Shown here: in pieces, positions 8,979-18,518 of the stretch
Layout: every line of letters starts with the position of its first letter
Position numbering within the stretch: position 1 is the first letter of the stretch
Source: Promethearchaeota archaeon
GTDB lineage: Archaea; Asgardarchaeota; Lokiarchaeia; Sigyniarchaeales; SOKP01
Reading direction: 5' to 3'
Length of the DNA: 28,733 nucleotides
NCBI GenBank assembly: GCA_011364925.1
Contig: RDOA01000047.1
Coordinates: forward strand, 1-28,733
Notes under the pieces: model-generated
Told to the model about the DNA's origin: nothing
The model's input: only the letters and a program-made list of their open reading frames with translations
Databases searched by the model: none
Program-made: the position numbers and the translations under genes

Positions 8979-9911
8979 CTATTTCTTTAAGCCTAATAAT
9001 TCTTTCGCTTCATCAATATTGGCAGGTTCTCTACCAAGTTCACGAGCAATTCTTACCATCCGTTTTACTAATTGAGCATTGCTTTTTACTAATTCACTTT
9101 TTTGATAATATATTGTGTCTTCAAGACCTGTTCTGATATTACCTCCCATGCACATAGCTATTACTGTCGTCCTGAGATGAAATTTACTAATCGTTACTAC
9201 CTGCCAAGTGGAACCTTCAGGGAGCTGCTCAACCATATGAATTAAATTACTCACTGTGGCCGGTGCTCCCCCTTGAATACCAAGGACGAGACTAAAATGA
9301 AGTTTTTCTTCCTTCTCAAATACACCCATATCGACCAAATCCATGATATTTGCGATATGAGCTGTATCATATACTTCAATTTCTATACCAGTGCCCAACT
9401 CTTTACATGTTTTAATATACTTTTTATTAAAGTCGAGGGGATTATCGAAAATAAATGCTGTCTTCATACCTCTCGTAACCGTTCTAAACTCAAATGTGCC
9501 TGCGTTAATGGTAAACATGTCTGGTTGAGGATAAATATTCAATAGATTAAGTCTTTGGTCCAATGTAGCGAATTTAAAAGCTTGACCATATCTTTTACCT
9601 GTTTTGCTAACTTTGACTCCTTGTTCTAGCCGAATTCCGATTCCATTCCCTATTTGAGTAATTATAGGGCATTTTTCTTTAATTAATTTCACAGTTTTGT
9701 TATAATATTTTAGATCCGGAGTTGACCATCCATCTTCGCCTCGTACATGGATATGACATACAGTAGCACCTGCCTCATAGCATTCCAAAGCATCCTGAGC
9801 TTGTTCTTCAGGAGTTATCGGTAAATTGGGATTTGCCCATTTCCCATGGGCGCCCCCTGTAATTGCGGCTGTTATAATCACATTTTTATCTGAGAGTAAA
9901 TTGGGTTTCAA
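8979..9911 (-). CDS. Beta-keto acid cleavage enzyme (BKACE/DUF849, Kce family)
   Basis: IITAAITG, PNLPITPEE, Zn ligands HIH, EIEVYD and RTGLEDT, SNAQLV. TTG start with GAGGT 9 nt upstream (9921-9925). Confidence 0.92.
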   Translation of the reverse strand: MKPNLLSDKNVIITAAITGGAHGKWANPNLPITPEEQAQDALECYEAGATVCHIHVRGEDGWSTPDLKYYNKTVKLIKEKCPIITQIGNGIGIRLEQGVKVSKTGKRYGQAFKFATLDQRLNLLNIYPQPDMFTINAGTFEFRTVTRGMKTAFIFDNPLDFNKKYIKTCKELGTGIEIEVYDTAHIANIMDLVDMGVFEKEEKLHFSLVLGIQGGAPATVSNLIHMVEQLPEGSTWQVVTISKFHLRTTVIAMCMGGNIRTGLEDTIYYQKSELVKSNAQLVKRMVRIARELGREPANIDEAKELLGLKK

Positions 9912-10019
9912 TTTGTTTTAACCTCTTTATACAATAATTTAATTTCTTTTAATTAAAATTAGATATTATTTAGACAAAATAAAAGTTATTGTGTATCACA
10001 CCTTTAAGGATGTGGTAGT

Positions 10020-10961
10020 TCAAACCGGTTCAAATACATCTAATTTTTCAAGAAACTTAAGTATTTCAAGGTATTTTTCATCCTTCTTTCTGAGAATTTG
10101 CTCTTCACTACGTCCGCTATAATCAAATAATCCTTTAGAAGTTTTTACACCATAGTGTCCTTGATCAACCTTATCTTTAATTATAGAAAGCTCTAATCCC
10201 ATATTTTTTAGAACGTCAGATATAACATCAAGTCCGACAAAATCTAAATTTTGGACCACGCCTACAACAGGTAACCTTAAGCTGAAGCTTGTTTTCACCG
10301 CTAGGTCAATTTCTTCGGGGGTTGCGATACCTTTTAATAAAAGTCCGAATACAGCAGAATTGATTGCTTGCTGGATTTTATTTACTATAAAAGCATTTGT
10401 GAATTTCTTTAAGACGATTGGTGTTTTACCGAGTTTCTTTAAGATATTACGGGATAAGTCAATTATTTCCGGGGATGTTTTTTTTCCTGCCACTATTTCA
10501 ACTAAAGGAATTATATGAGGAGGTCTAAACCAATGCTGAATTACTAATCTTTCAGGATTACTAACATCTACTATGTTAAATATATTTAATTCTGAAGTGT
10601 TACTTGCGAATATTATCTTATGTGAACAAAATTCATCTAATTGGGAATAGACCTCTCGTTTTATGTTTCGATCCTCGCTTACAGCTTCAACTACATAATC
10701 TGCTTTTTTAGCTATGATTTCAAGATCAGTTGAAAGGTTTATCCGATTAATAATAGAAGGAATCTCTTTAGAAGGGACGCGTTGATATTCAGCGAGCAGA
10801 CTTAAGTTGAACTTAATCTTGTTTTTAGCTTTATCAAGTAACTCTTGCTTTAAATCAACTAAATCTACATCATATCCGGATTGAGCATACACTTGGGCAA
10901 TTGAATGTCCCATTGTACCTGCTCCAACGACCATAACATGTTTAATATCATTTATGTTCAT
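10020..10961 (-). CDS. 3-hydroxyacyl-CoA dehydrogenase family protein (possibly a free 3-hydroxy-acid dehydrogenase subtype)
   Basis: GAGTMG Rossmann motif, EAVSE, SNTS, HWFRPPHIIPLVE and FIVNKIQ. Confidence 0.88.
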   Translation of the reverse strand: MNINDIKHVMVVGAGTMGHSIAQVYAQSGYDVDLVDLKQELLDKAKNKIKFNLSLLAEYQRVPSKEIPSIINRINLSTDLEIIAKKADYVVEAVSEDRNIKREVYSQLDEFCSHKIIFASNTSELNIFNIVDVSNPERLVIQHWFRPPHIIPLVEIVAGKKTSPEIIDLSRNILKKLGKTPIVLKKFTNAFIVNKIQQAINSAVFGLLLKGIATPEEIDLAVKTSFSLRLPVVGVVQNLDFVGLDVISDVLKNMGLELSIIKDKVDQGHYGVKTSKGLFDYSGRSEEQILRKKDEKYLEILKFLEKLDVFEPV

Positions 10962-11120
10962 TCTAACTACCTTTTTTTAAGTTGATATATAGAAATTGAG
11001 TTTGGTAAAATTAAACTTTATTTTTGATTTTCTCTTTTTCAAGTAATTAAGAACTTTATTTATCGTTCTTCATTTGTTAATATAAGAAATGAAGTAAAAA
11101 AATACAAAAGAGATATTAGC

Positions 11121-12833
11121 ATGCTTTATCCTCAAAGAAATCAATATCGTCAGTTTATTGATTTATCTGGCTTTTGGGATTTCCGTTTTGATATCAATAA
11201 CGATGGTTTGAAAGAGAATTGGCAGTCTGGATTTGATAAAAGCCAACCGATTGCTGTACCAGCAAGTTGGAACGATCAGTTTGCTGCTAATCGAGATTTT
11301 TTAGGTCCCGCTTGGTATCAAATAAGATTTGAGAAGCCGTGGGGTTGGGATAACAAAAAGATTTTCCTACGATTTGGTTCCGTCAATTATATCTCGGATG
11401 TATGGTTAAATGGAGAATTAGTAGGGCATCATGAAGGCGGACATTTAGCTTTTGAATACGATGTTTCTGGCATGATTATAAACGAAAATCTACTAGTAGT
11501 AAGAGTTGACGGTCGACTTGAAAAAGATCATGTACCCCCAAAAGGACGTACTTTAGAAAATTATCCTGAGACGAATTATGACTTCTATCCATTTTGTGGA
11601 ATTCATCGACCGGTATTATTATACGCCGTCCCAAATGAAGGTATCAAGGATATTACTGTTATAACCTCGATTAAGAAAACTTTAGGGATATTGGATATCA
11701 ATATTGAATCGTCAAGGATAATTGGAGCTATAGCTCACTGTACTTTAAAGGGATTTGAAACCTTATTGATAAAGGAATATAAAATCGAGCAAGAAGTTCA
11801 AGAAATGACTTTAGAAGTTAATAATGCAAGATTTTGGGATAAAAATAATCCAAATTTATATAGTTTGACCATTGATATTATAAAAAACGATGCAACTCTT
11901 GATTCTTACTCTTTAAATGTTGGAATAAGAACAATCGAGGTTAAAGGTGATAAGCTTTTATTAAACGGTAAACCGATATATCTTAAAGGATTTGGACGGC
12001 ACGAAGATTTTCCAATTACGGGGCGAGGGTATGTCCCAGCAGTGATTATAAAAGATTATTCGCTCATGGAATGGATTGGAGCGAACTCCTTTCGTACAAC
12101 GCATTACCCGTATTCTGAACAAATGATGGATCTGGCAGATCAGTTAGGTTTTTTGGTGATTGACGAAATTCCCGCAGTAGGGCTCACATTTAATCGAGAT
12201 GTGATTGAGCGAGAACTTAAACTATGCTCTCAATACATCCATGAATTAATCGCGCGAGATAAAAATCATCCAAGCGTGATAATGTGGAGCTTAGCCAACG
12301 AACCTCATAGCAGCGTAAAATCGAAAGAATTTTTTAAAAAGCTCTACGATTTAACTAAAGGAATCGATAAAACTAGACCTATAACTATTGTTAATATGAT
12401 GGGCGTAAGAGAAAAAGCTTTTGAATTTTGTGATGTTTTATGTATAAACCGATATTACGGATGGTACGTTCAACCGGGTAAAATTGAAGATGCCTGTCAA
12501 TCTTTATCAGAAGAGATGGATAAGTTGTACGAACGACATCATAAACCCATAATTTTAAGCGAATTTGGAACCGGTACTATTCCTGGATGGCATTCACAGC
12601 CGTCAGAGATGTTTAGCGAAGAATATCAAGCGGAATTCATAGAAAAATACATCGAAGTCTGCCGCAGTAAACCTTATGTAATAGGCGAGCATGTATGGAA
12701 TCTGTGCGATTTTAAAACCTCTCAAGGAATTACTCGGATGGGTGGGATAAATTACAAAGGCGTATTTACTAGGGATAGAAGGCCTAAAATGGCAGCACAC
12801 ATCTTAAGAAAGTTATGGAAAGAAAAAACTTGA
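11121..12833 (+). CDS. uidA: Beta-glucuronidase, GH2
   Basis: MLYP start, VPASWND, GFGRHED, ANSFRTTHYPY, acid/base WSLANEP, NRYYGWY, nucleophile SEFG, GUS-specific N-x-K (NYKG) and FTRDRRPK. Confidence 0.93.
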   Translation: MLYPQRNQYRQFIDLSGFWDFRFDINNDGLKENWQSGFDKSQPIAVPASWNDQFAANRDFLGPAWYQIRFEKPWGWDNKKIFLRFGSVNYISDVWLNGELVGHHEGGHLAFEYDVSGMIINENLLVVRVDGRLEKDHVPPKGRTLENYPETNYDFYPFCGIHRPVLLYAVPNEGIKDITVITSIKKTLGILDINIESSRIIGAIAHCTLKGFETLLIKEYKIEQEVQEMTLEVNNARFWDKNNPNLYSLTIDIIKNDATLDSYSLNVGIRTIEVKGDKLLLNGKPIYLKGFGRHEDFPITGRGYVPAVIIKDYSLMEWIGANSFRTTHYPYSEQMMDLADQLGFLVIDEIPAVGLTFNRDVIERELKLCSQYIHELIARDKNHPSVIMWSLANEPHSSVKSKEFFKKLYDLTKGIDKTRPITIVNMMGVREKAFEFCDVLCINRYYGWYVQPGKIEDACQSLSEEMDKLYERHHKPIILSEFGTGTIPGWHSQPSEMFSEEYQAEFIEKYIEVCRSKPYVIGEHVWNLCDFKTSQGITRMGGINYKGVFTRDRRPKMAAHILRKLWKEKT

Positions 12834-12856
12834 AATTAAAGGAGTGAGAAGAAATA

Positions 12857-13372
12857 ATGAGAGAAGATTTAGAAAGCCTAACAAAAGAAGAATTGATGGA
12901 TTATGTTGAAGATCTGAGTAAGAACTGGTTGGCGATTGATGGAACCTGGTTTCAAGCAGTTGAGAAGGAGCTTGGATTGGAAATGGCTATTAACCTTGAC
13001 GTTGAGCAATGGAAACGCTTCACGATTATCGAAGCAAAAAGAATAATGAAACGATTTAATCTTCCAGGAAATGATGGAATTCCAGCGTTAATTAAAGCCC
13101 TTAAATTCAGAGTGTATGCCAATATCAACGTACAAGAAATTGTAGAGGTCTCAACTAATAGATGCGTATTTCGCATGAACAATTGCCGGGTTCAATACGC
13201 CCGTAAATCTAGAAACCTTCCCGATTTCCCTTGTAAGCCAGTTGGATTCATAGAATATGCTGATTTTGCTAAAACGATAGATAAAAGGATTGAAACGAGA
13301 TGTATTTGCTGCCCCCCGGACGCTCATCCTGAAGAATATTATTGTGCTTGGGAATTTACTATTGAAGAATAA
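12857..13372 (+). CDS. DUF6125 family protein (V4R/ATC-hydrolase-like, Cys-rich)
   Basis: WLAIDGTWF, CRVQ.AR, FPCK, CICCPPD and CAWEF; GGAGTGA SD-like motif upstream. Confidence 0.8.
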   Translation: MREDLESLTKEELMDYVEDLSKNWLAIDGTWFQAVEKELGLEMAINLDVEQWKRFTIIEAKRIMKRFNLPGNDGIPALIKALKFRVYANINVQEIVEVSTNRCVFRMNNCRVQYARKSRNLPDFPCKPVGFIEYADFAKTIDKRIETRCICCPPDAHPEEYYCAWEFTIEE

Positions 13373-13462
13373 TTGTGCGGAAAAAAACTTAATAATTATT
13401 GGCGTGTAATTAAAACTATAAAAAAATAATAATTATTCAAAATAACAAAAAGCTGAAAGAAT

Positions 13463-14491
13463 GTGTTTGATAAATCGCACTGTGATGAATGTGAAACAGT
13501 AGATTGTATGATGAAATGTCAATGGATAGAGTTTGATAGCATTGACGCCGCGAAGAAGGAAATCGTTAAATTGATTAATGAGGACGAGGATTGTCGCATA
13601 TTAAAGGAATGTATGTTATGTTTTTCTTGTGACGAATATTGTCCATACCATTCTCATCCTTTTGATAAAATTAATGCGTTACAGGAAAAATTTGGCTCCC
13701 AAGATATTTTACCTGCAGTTGTTCAAAATTCAATTGATATGTATGCAGCAAAGAGGGAATTCGTTCCGCGCCCGATAGATCCTGAAAAACCAATCTTAAA
13801 TAAATGCGCGTTCCCTAAAATGAACGCGAAAGAAATGGCAGGACCCATGTTTGATGACTTACAATCGGTTGGTGGTATGCATTACTTCTGTCAATTAGTA
13901 TATCAACATGTCGCGAAACCTTCTATTATAGCGGAACGAGTGCCAGTAATTCTTGAAAACTTCGTGAAAACTGGTGTTAATAAAGATACTGAAGTTATCT
14001 GTTGGCATGACGAATGCTATGGATTGTATACCTCGTATTGTCAGCGAAACAACCTAGAAGTACCTTTTAAGCCAGTCCATATTTTTGAATATGTATATAA
14101 TTATCTTAAGGATCACGAGTCTGACATTAAAAAATTAAACTTAAGAGCTGCTTACCAGCGAAATTGTTCTAATCGATACGTACCTGAAACTGATAAAATT
14201 CTCGATAACATTTGCGAACTTATTGGAGTAGAACGGGTTGCTCGGAAATTTGACAGAGAAAACGGTATTTGTTGCGCAGCACCATTTGCGATGAGGGGTC
14301 ATAAAGATTTGGTGCGGAAAACTCAAAACGAAAATGTTCAGGACATGGTAGACCATGGGGCAGAGGTGTGCATTTTCAATTGTCCTATGTGTAAAGATAC
14401 TTTAGATCGGAAGGTTACTGCGAAGGGATTAAAATCTTACTTTATTAGCGATCTAGCGAGACTCGCGTTAGGAGAGAAGCTCGAGTATTAA
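13463..14491 (+). CDS. Fe-S oxidoreductase with CCG domain (HdrD/GlpC-like), paralog 1
   Basis: N-terminal CxxCxxxxCxxxC and CxxCxxCxxxCP; C-terminal YQRNC...CCAA...NCPMC. Confidence 0.85.
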   Translation: MFDKSHCDECETVDCMMKCQWIEFDSIDAAKKEIVKLINEDEDCRILKECMLCFSCDEYCPYHSHPFDKINALQEKFGSQDILPAVVQNSIDMYAAKREFVPRPIDPEKPILNKCAFPKMNAKEMAGPMFDDLQSVGGMHYFCQLVYQHVAKPSIIAERVPVILENFVKTGVNKDTEVICWHDECYGLYTSYCQRNNLEVPFKPVHIFEYVYNYLKDHESDIKKLNLRAAYQRNCSNRYVPETDKILDNICELIGVERVARKFDRENGICCAAPFAMRGHKDLVRKTQNENVQDMVDHGAEVCIFNCPMCKDTLDRKVTAKGLKSYFISDLARLALGEKLEY

Positions 14492-14493
14492 AC

Positions 14494-14517
14494 TTTCCTT
14501 TTTTTTCCTTTTTTTCT
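14494..14517 (+). terminator. Oligo-T archaeal-type terminator
   Basis: Two long T runs directly after the stop codon at 14491. Confidence 0.45.
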
Positions 14518-14582
14518 ATGATAACTGTTAATAACCCAAAGAGATTCTTATACTCAAATCAAATCATAATCGGGTGATGATT

Positions 14583-15602
14583 ATGTTTAACGATGTTAAT
14601 TGTGAGAAATGCGAAAATGTGGATTGCTTAACACGCTGTCAATGGATTGAATTCAGTAATGTTGAAGAAGCTCGAGCAGAAAGGAACAAAATGATTAAAG
14701 GAGAGGAGTCACGAGTTCTCTCCGAATGTGTTACTTGTTTTGCGTGCGATGAATATTGTCCCTATGAATCTCATCCTTTCGATCTAATAACAGAATTACA
14801 AGAAAAATACAATTCTTTAAATATAGATCCTAGTATCCTTGAGAATACTATTGTTAGATTCGCTCCACACGATCAAGTAAGATTGAAAGAAATTGATTCC
14901 AGTAAACCGACTTTGAATAAATGCGGGTTTGGTAAAATCAACGCGCAAAATATGAGAGGACGACTCTTTGAAGATTTACAAGATGTTAAGGGACTTGACT
15001 TTTTTTGTAATTTGATGTATCACCACTACGGAAAGGATTCAATTATTAAGGAAAGGGCTCCAATCATTTTAGAAAACATTAAAGCGCAAGGTATAAGGGA
15101 AATGATCTGCTATCACGACGAATGTTACGGCTTTTACGCTTCATATTGTCCACGCAACAACATTGAACTTCCACCTAATTTCAAACCAACTCACATCTAC
15201 GAATACCTTTACAATTACTTGAAAGATCATGAATCTGATATCAAACCTTTGGGAATGAAAATAGCATATCAAAGATCTTGTTCAAATCGATTTATCCCTG
15301 AAGTTGACGAATGGGTTGATAAAATTTGTTCTTTAATCGGTGTTGAGAGGGTGGGACGAAAATATGATAGAGAAAATGCGTTATGCTGTGCTGGAATTTT
15401 TGCTACACTTGACAAAAAAGCTTTAGGGCGCAAAACACAAAACGATAATATTGAAGATATGATAAAACATGGTGCTGAAGCAGCCGTATATAATTGTCCT
15501 ATGTGTAAAGAAAGTTTAGGTTCTAAGGTGGAACGAAAAGGATTGAATAATTATATTCTCAGTGATCTTTGTCGATTAGCACTTGGAGAATCTTTGGAAT
15601 AA
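14583..15602 (+). CDS. Fe-S oxidoreductase with CCG domain (HdrD/GlpC-like), paralog 2
   Basis: Same Cys motifs as paralog 1 and collinear over the full length. ATG 14583 is favoured by alignment (MF...) and by GGTGA at 14573-14577. Confidence 0.85.
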   Translation: MFNDVNCEKCENVDCLTRCQWIEFSNVEEARAERNKMIKGEESRVLSECVTCFACDEYCPYESHPFDLITELQEKYNSLNIDPSILENTIVRFAPHDQVRLKEIDSSKPTLNKCGFGKINAQNMRGRLFEDLQDVKGLDFFCNLMYHHYGKDSIIKERAPIILENIKAQGIREMICYHDECYGFYASYCPRNNIELPPNFKPTHIYEYLYNYLKDHESDIKPLGMKIAYQRSCSNRFIPEVDEWVDKICSLIGVERVGRKYDRENALCCAGIFATLDKKALGRKTQNDNIEDMIKHGAEAAVYNCPMCKESLGSKVERKGLNNYILSDLCRLALGESLE

Positions 15603-15753
15603 TCGAACAGCCCTCCAATTGTTCTATCCTAAATATAAACCTATTTTCTAATGACAAGGAAATAGAGCTATTTAGAACCCAATCTTAATAATTTTTAAAG
15701 TAGCGAATATATCTAAACATAAAGATACGAAAAATAATAACTGAGAATTAATC

Positions 15754-16170
15754 ATGTCAGAACAAGAAATAAGATCTCAGATTTCTGAACTGGAAGACGA
15801 GATCACGAGAGTTGAAGAAGAAGCTTCAAAGAAGGAAGCCTCGGCGGAAAAGGAAATTGAAGCCGATTTTGACGATAAAATTTCAGATACTAAATCTAAA
15901 CTCGAAGTAGGCGAAGTAGATTTAAAGGAAGCTACTGAAAAATCCAAAGAATGGACAAAAAAAATGAATAAATTGAACGTTGATGTAGCTTCACTAAAGA
16001 AAAAGCTAGATAACTTGGTTAAAGGAAAAGCTAAAGCGTTAAACAAGAAATTGGATGATATCCTTAAAGAGAAAAAGAACAAAATAAAAACTTATGAAAC
16101 TGACATAAAAGCTTTAAGGAAAAAATTAGAAAAACTAGAAGCTGAAGCGTTGAAGAAACAAACCAGCTAA
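15754..16170 (+). CDS. Hypothetical coiled-coil protein
   Basis: 138 aa, K/E-rich heptad pattern throughout, no Pro; followed by a T-rich tract. Confidence 0.75.
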   Translation: MSEQEIRSQISELEDEITRVEEEASKKEASAEKEIEADFDDKISDTKSKLEVGEVDLKEATEKSKEWTKKMNKLNVDVASLKKKLDNLVKGKAKALNKKLDDILKEKKNKIKTYETDIKALRKKLEKLEAEALKKQTS

Positions 16171-16220
16171 AATCTTTTTATCTTTATTACTTTTATTATT
16201 TTATTCGACTATACAAGTAA

Positions 16221-16787
16221 ATGACAAACAATTCAATAATTTTAACTGGTTTTCAAAAATATAGTAAATTTTCTTTAAATCTGAGTGGTGAGATTGTAAG
16301 AAACTTCGATGATAAATTTCGAGAATACAATCTTAAGAAAATTATATTACCCGTCAGCTGGAATAGAAGTGTTAATTTATATTCAAAATTCGTTAATATA
16401 ACCGAATACAATCCTTCATTAGTTATTTTAATGGGAATCCATTCAAAAAGTAGCTTTAGTCTTGAAAATAATTCATTTAATTGTGCTTTTGGTAAAGATG
16501 TGGATGGATTTTACAAATGGGGGTTTATTAACATAAAAAGACCATTGAGATTAAAAACAACTCTTAACATTAATGAAATTTATAAAACTCTTAGATCGAG
16601 CTTAAAGCTCTCTATTTCTTACTTTCCCGGATTTTACCTATGTAATTTTATATATTATTGGGCTTTAGATATTTCAAAAAATAAATATCCTGTAATCTTC
16701 ATTCATATTCCGAGTAAAGGTGATTTAGAATGTTCACTGGCAATTATTAAGAAAATCGTTAAAGAAGTATTAAATCACACCTTATAA
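16221..16787 (+). CDS. pcp: Pyroglutamyl-peptidase I (peptidase C15) family protein
   Basis: ILTGF, LPVSW, catalytic Glu (SLEN), GFYLCNFIYY (Cys) and FIHIP (His). Confidence 0.8.
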   Translation: MTNNSIILTGFQKYSKFSLNLSGEIVRNFDDKFREYNLKKIILPVSWNRSVNLYSKFVNITEYNPSLVILMGIHSKSSFSLENNSFNCAFGKDVDGFYKWGFINIKRPLRLKTTLNINEIYKTLRSSLKLSISYFPGFYLCNFIYYWALDISKNKYPVIFIHIPSKGDLECSLAIIKKIVKEVLNHTL

Positions 16788-16806
16788 TGATAAAATTATC
16801 TGTGAA

Positions 16807-16950
16807 TTAGCAGTTAAGCGGTAACTTTTGACCTTTTTCGTTCAGGAAATCTTTTGGAATATCCGATTGAATTTTTAGCTCGTCGTATAACCAGCTCAAT
16901 AAACGCATTTTTGCGTTGTATATCTCAATTTCCTCTTCGAAAATTTCCAT
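16807..16950 (-). CDS. Small hypothetical protein, 47 aa (absent from ORF track)
   Basis: Manual translation gives MEIFEEEIEIYNAKMRLLSWLYDELKIQSDIPKDFLNEKGQKLPLNC*. It fills an otherwise empty ~240-nt gap, co-oriented with the upstream gene. Confidence 0.55.
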   Translation of the reverse strand: MEIFEEEIEIYNAKMRLLSWLYDELKIQSDIPKDFLNEKGQKLPLNC

Positions 16951-17029
16951 AAAGAAAATCCGTTTGTTTCTAGTTGTATTGATATCAAGGGATTTGAAAT
17001 TAGATATTTAATATTCTAATATCCAGATA

Positions 17030-17935
17030 TCATTCTTGTCTAATATCCTTTAAATCTGCATATTCGGGCATTGTAAAATGGCGCAGATTGTATTTAGCGA
17101 GCCTTCTATGAATTCGGTTTTGCATTTTCTCCATATTTTTTTCGTAAAGATACATCGGTAAAGCTAAAAGTCCCGTAAGTATTAGAGGAGAAATTATAAC
17201 GATTATCGGTGTTAATAAAGCAGGACCAAATTCTGCATCTGGGAAAGCTTTTGTGATTACTTGAAAAAGAGTGAATATTGTAGAAATTCCAGTGTAAGCT
17301 CCTACTATATTTATATACCACCGATGTACTCCTTCGATGATTGGAGTTCTCCTTTGTTCAGGAAAGTGTCTGTACGAAACTAATCCTGAATCTTCAAGAT
17401 ACCACGATGGCAAAAAAACCAACATGCTTAGTGAGGAGATAAAAAATGTTCCAAAAAATATGGCTTCTGCCGCATACAATCCCGAAGGAATATATCCTCC
17501 TCCTTCTAATGTTGCTCGAAAAAAGTTTCCAGCGCCTAATTGAAATAACACCGCGCTCGTTCCAAAAGCAAATAGACTAACGAGAAAAGCTCGGAAGAAG
17601 ATACGAGATGGTTTAATGTTCTTTCCCATTGATAAAAAACCATAATTAGGTGCTTTTCTAAAAACATAAGATATCCTATTTACTTTATAAATGAATTGAA
17701 CGATATATGGCGAAATGAAGTTTAAGAGGAAATATATGACCAATGGGAATGCATACAAAAGAATGACATCAGTGATCATTGGTCCTGGTAATAAAGGTAT
17801 GAAGATACTGATGTATTCCTCAGGAATTAGGCTAAGACCTGTAGAAATCGAGATTATATGGAGTATATAAATCGTAGCGAATAGAATAATAGATACAATG
17901 AAACCAACAATTAACGGTAAATATTTTTTTTCCAT
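17030..17935 (-). CDS. Hypothetical multi-pass membrane protein
   Basis: About 6 hydrophobic segments; conserved-looking PSWYLEDSG loop; family not recognised. Confidence 0.75.
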   Translation of the reverse strand: MEKKYLPLIVGFIVSIILFATIYILHIISISTGLSLIPEEYISIFIPLLPGPMITDVILLYAFPLVIYFLLNFISPYIVQFIYKVNRISYVFRKAPNYGFLSMGKNIKPSRIFFRAFLVSLFAFGTSAVLFQLGAGNFFRATLEGGGYIPSGLYAAEAIFFGTFFISSLSMLVFLPSWYLEDSGLVSYRHFPEQRRTPIIEGVHRWYINIVGAYTGISTIFTLFQVITKAFPDAEFGPALLTPIIVIISPLILTGLLALPMYLYEKNMEKMQNRIHRRLAKYNLRHFTMPEYADLKDIRQE

Positions 17936-17975
17936 ACCAATAGGTAGAGTTAAAAATAAAAAAGATTTTGGAAAA

Positions 17976-18389
17976 CTATAAATTTTTAAATTCAGCTTCT
18001 ATTTTCTGAAGATCGTAAGCAACATTTTCAATAGGATCTCCATTAATTACCTTATCTAATCTTTCAACTAAAGCTTTAGGAAAGAATTCGATTCTTGATA
18101 CTTTATCCCTAAATTCCTTGAAATTTTCTGTTAACGAATATTCGCTCGTGCTTCGTTTTGCTTCGAACTCATCCATGATAACTTTTGAGAATAGATCAAT
18201 CAAATCATTCATTATTTTTTGTTCAAATTCAATCACTTCAATCTTAGCGTCCTGAATAAGATGGGCGTACTTTTTGTTTATTCCTTGGATTTCCTCCGCT
18301 TTTTCTGCTTCAATTTTATTGACTTTTGGCTGTAGCTCTTGCTTTTTGATTTCTAATTCTTTAAGCTTTGCTTTTAATTGTTCGATCAT
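17976..18389 (-). CDS. Hypothetical helical/coiled-coil protein
   Basis: 137 aa with N-terminal heptad repeats. Confidence 0.75.
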   Translation of the reverse strand: MIEQLKAKLKELEIKKQELQPKVNKIEAEKAEEIQGINKKYAHLIQDAKIEVIEFEQKIMNDLIDLFSKVIMDEFEAKRSTSEYSLTENFKEFRDKVSRIEFFPKALVERLDKVINGDPIENVAYDLQKIEAEFKNL

Positions 18390-18518
18390 TATAACATCTT
18401 AATAAAGTAGGTTCGTTAAAAAGCTTATTACATAATCTTTTTTGAAATTAGAATAAAGATTAAATTTTTAGAACAACTTTACCATAAAAGAATTTCCATA
18501 TTATCTAACCGAAAAATC

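Noticed and set aside
8979-9911. Assignment as lysine-fermentation kce
   Set aside because: It lacks the Kce-type Glu and STGG motifs and no kam/kdd/kal genes are nearby, so the call is kept at family level.
9994-10022. Short hairpin just after the TGA stop of the dehydrogenase, considered as a SECIS/selenocysteine read-through signal
   Set aside because: The protein is already full length, read-through adds only a few residues before another TGA, and no SECIS core is evident. At most it is a terminator or stability hairpin.
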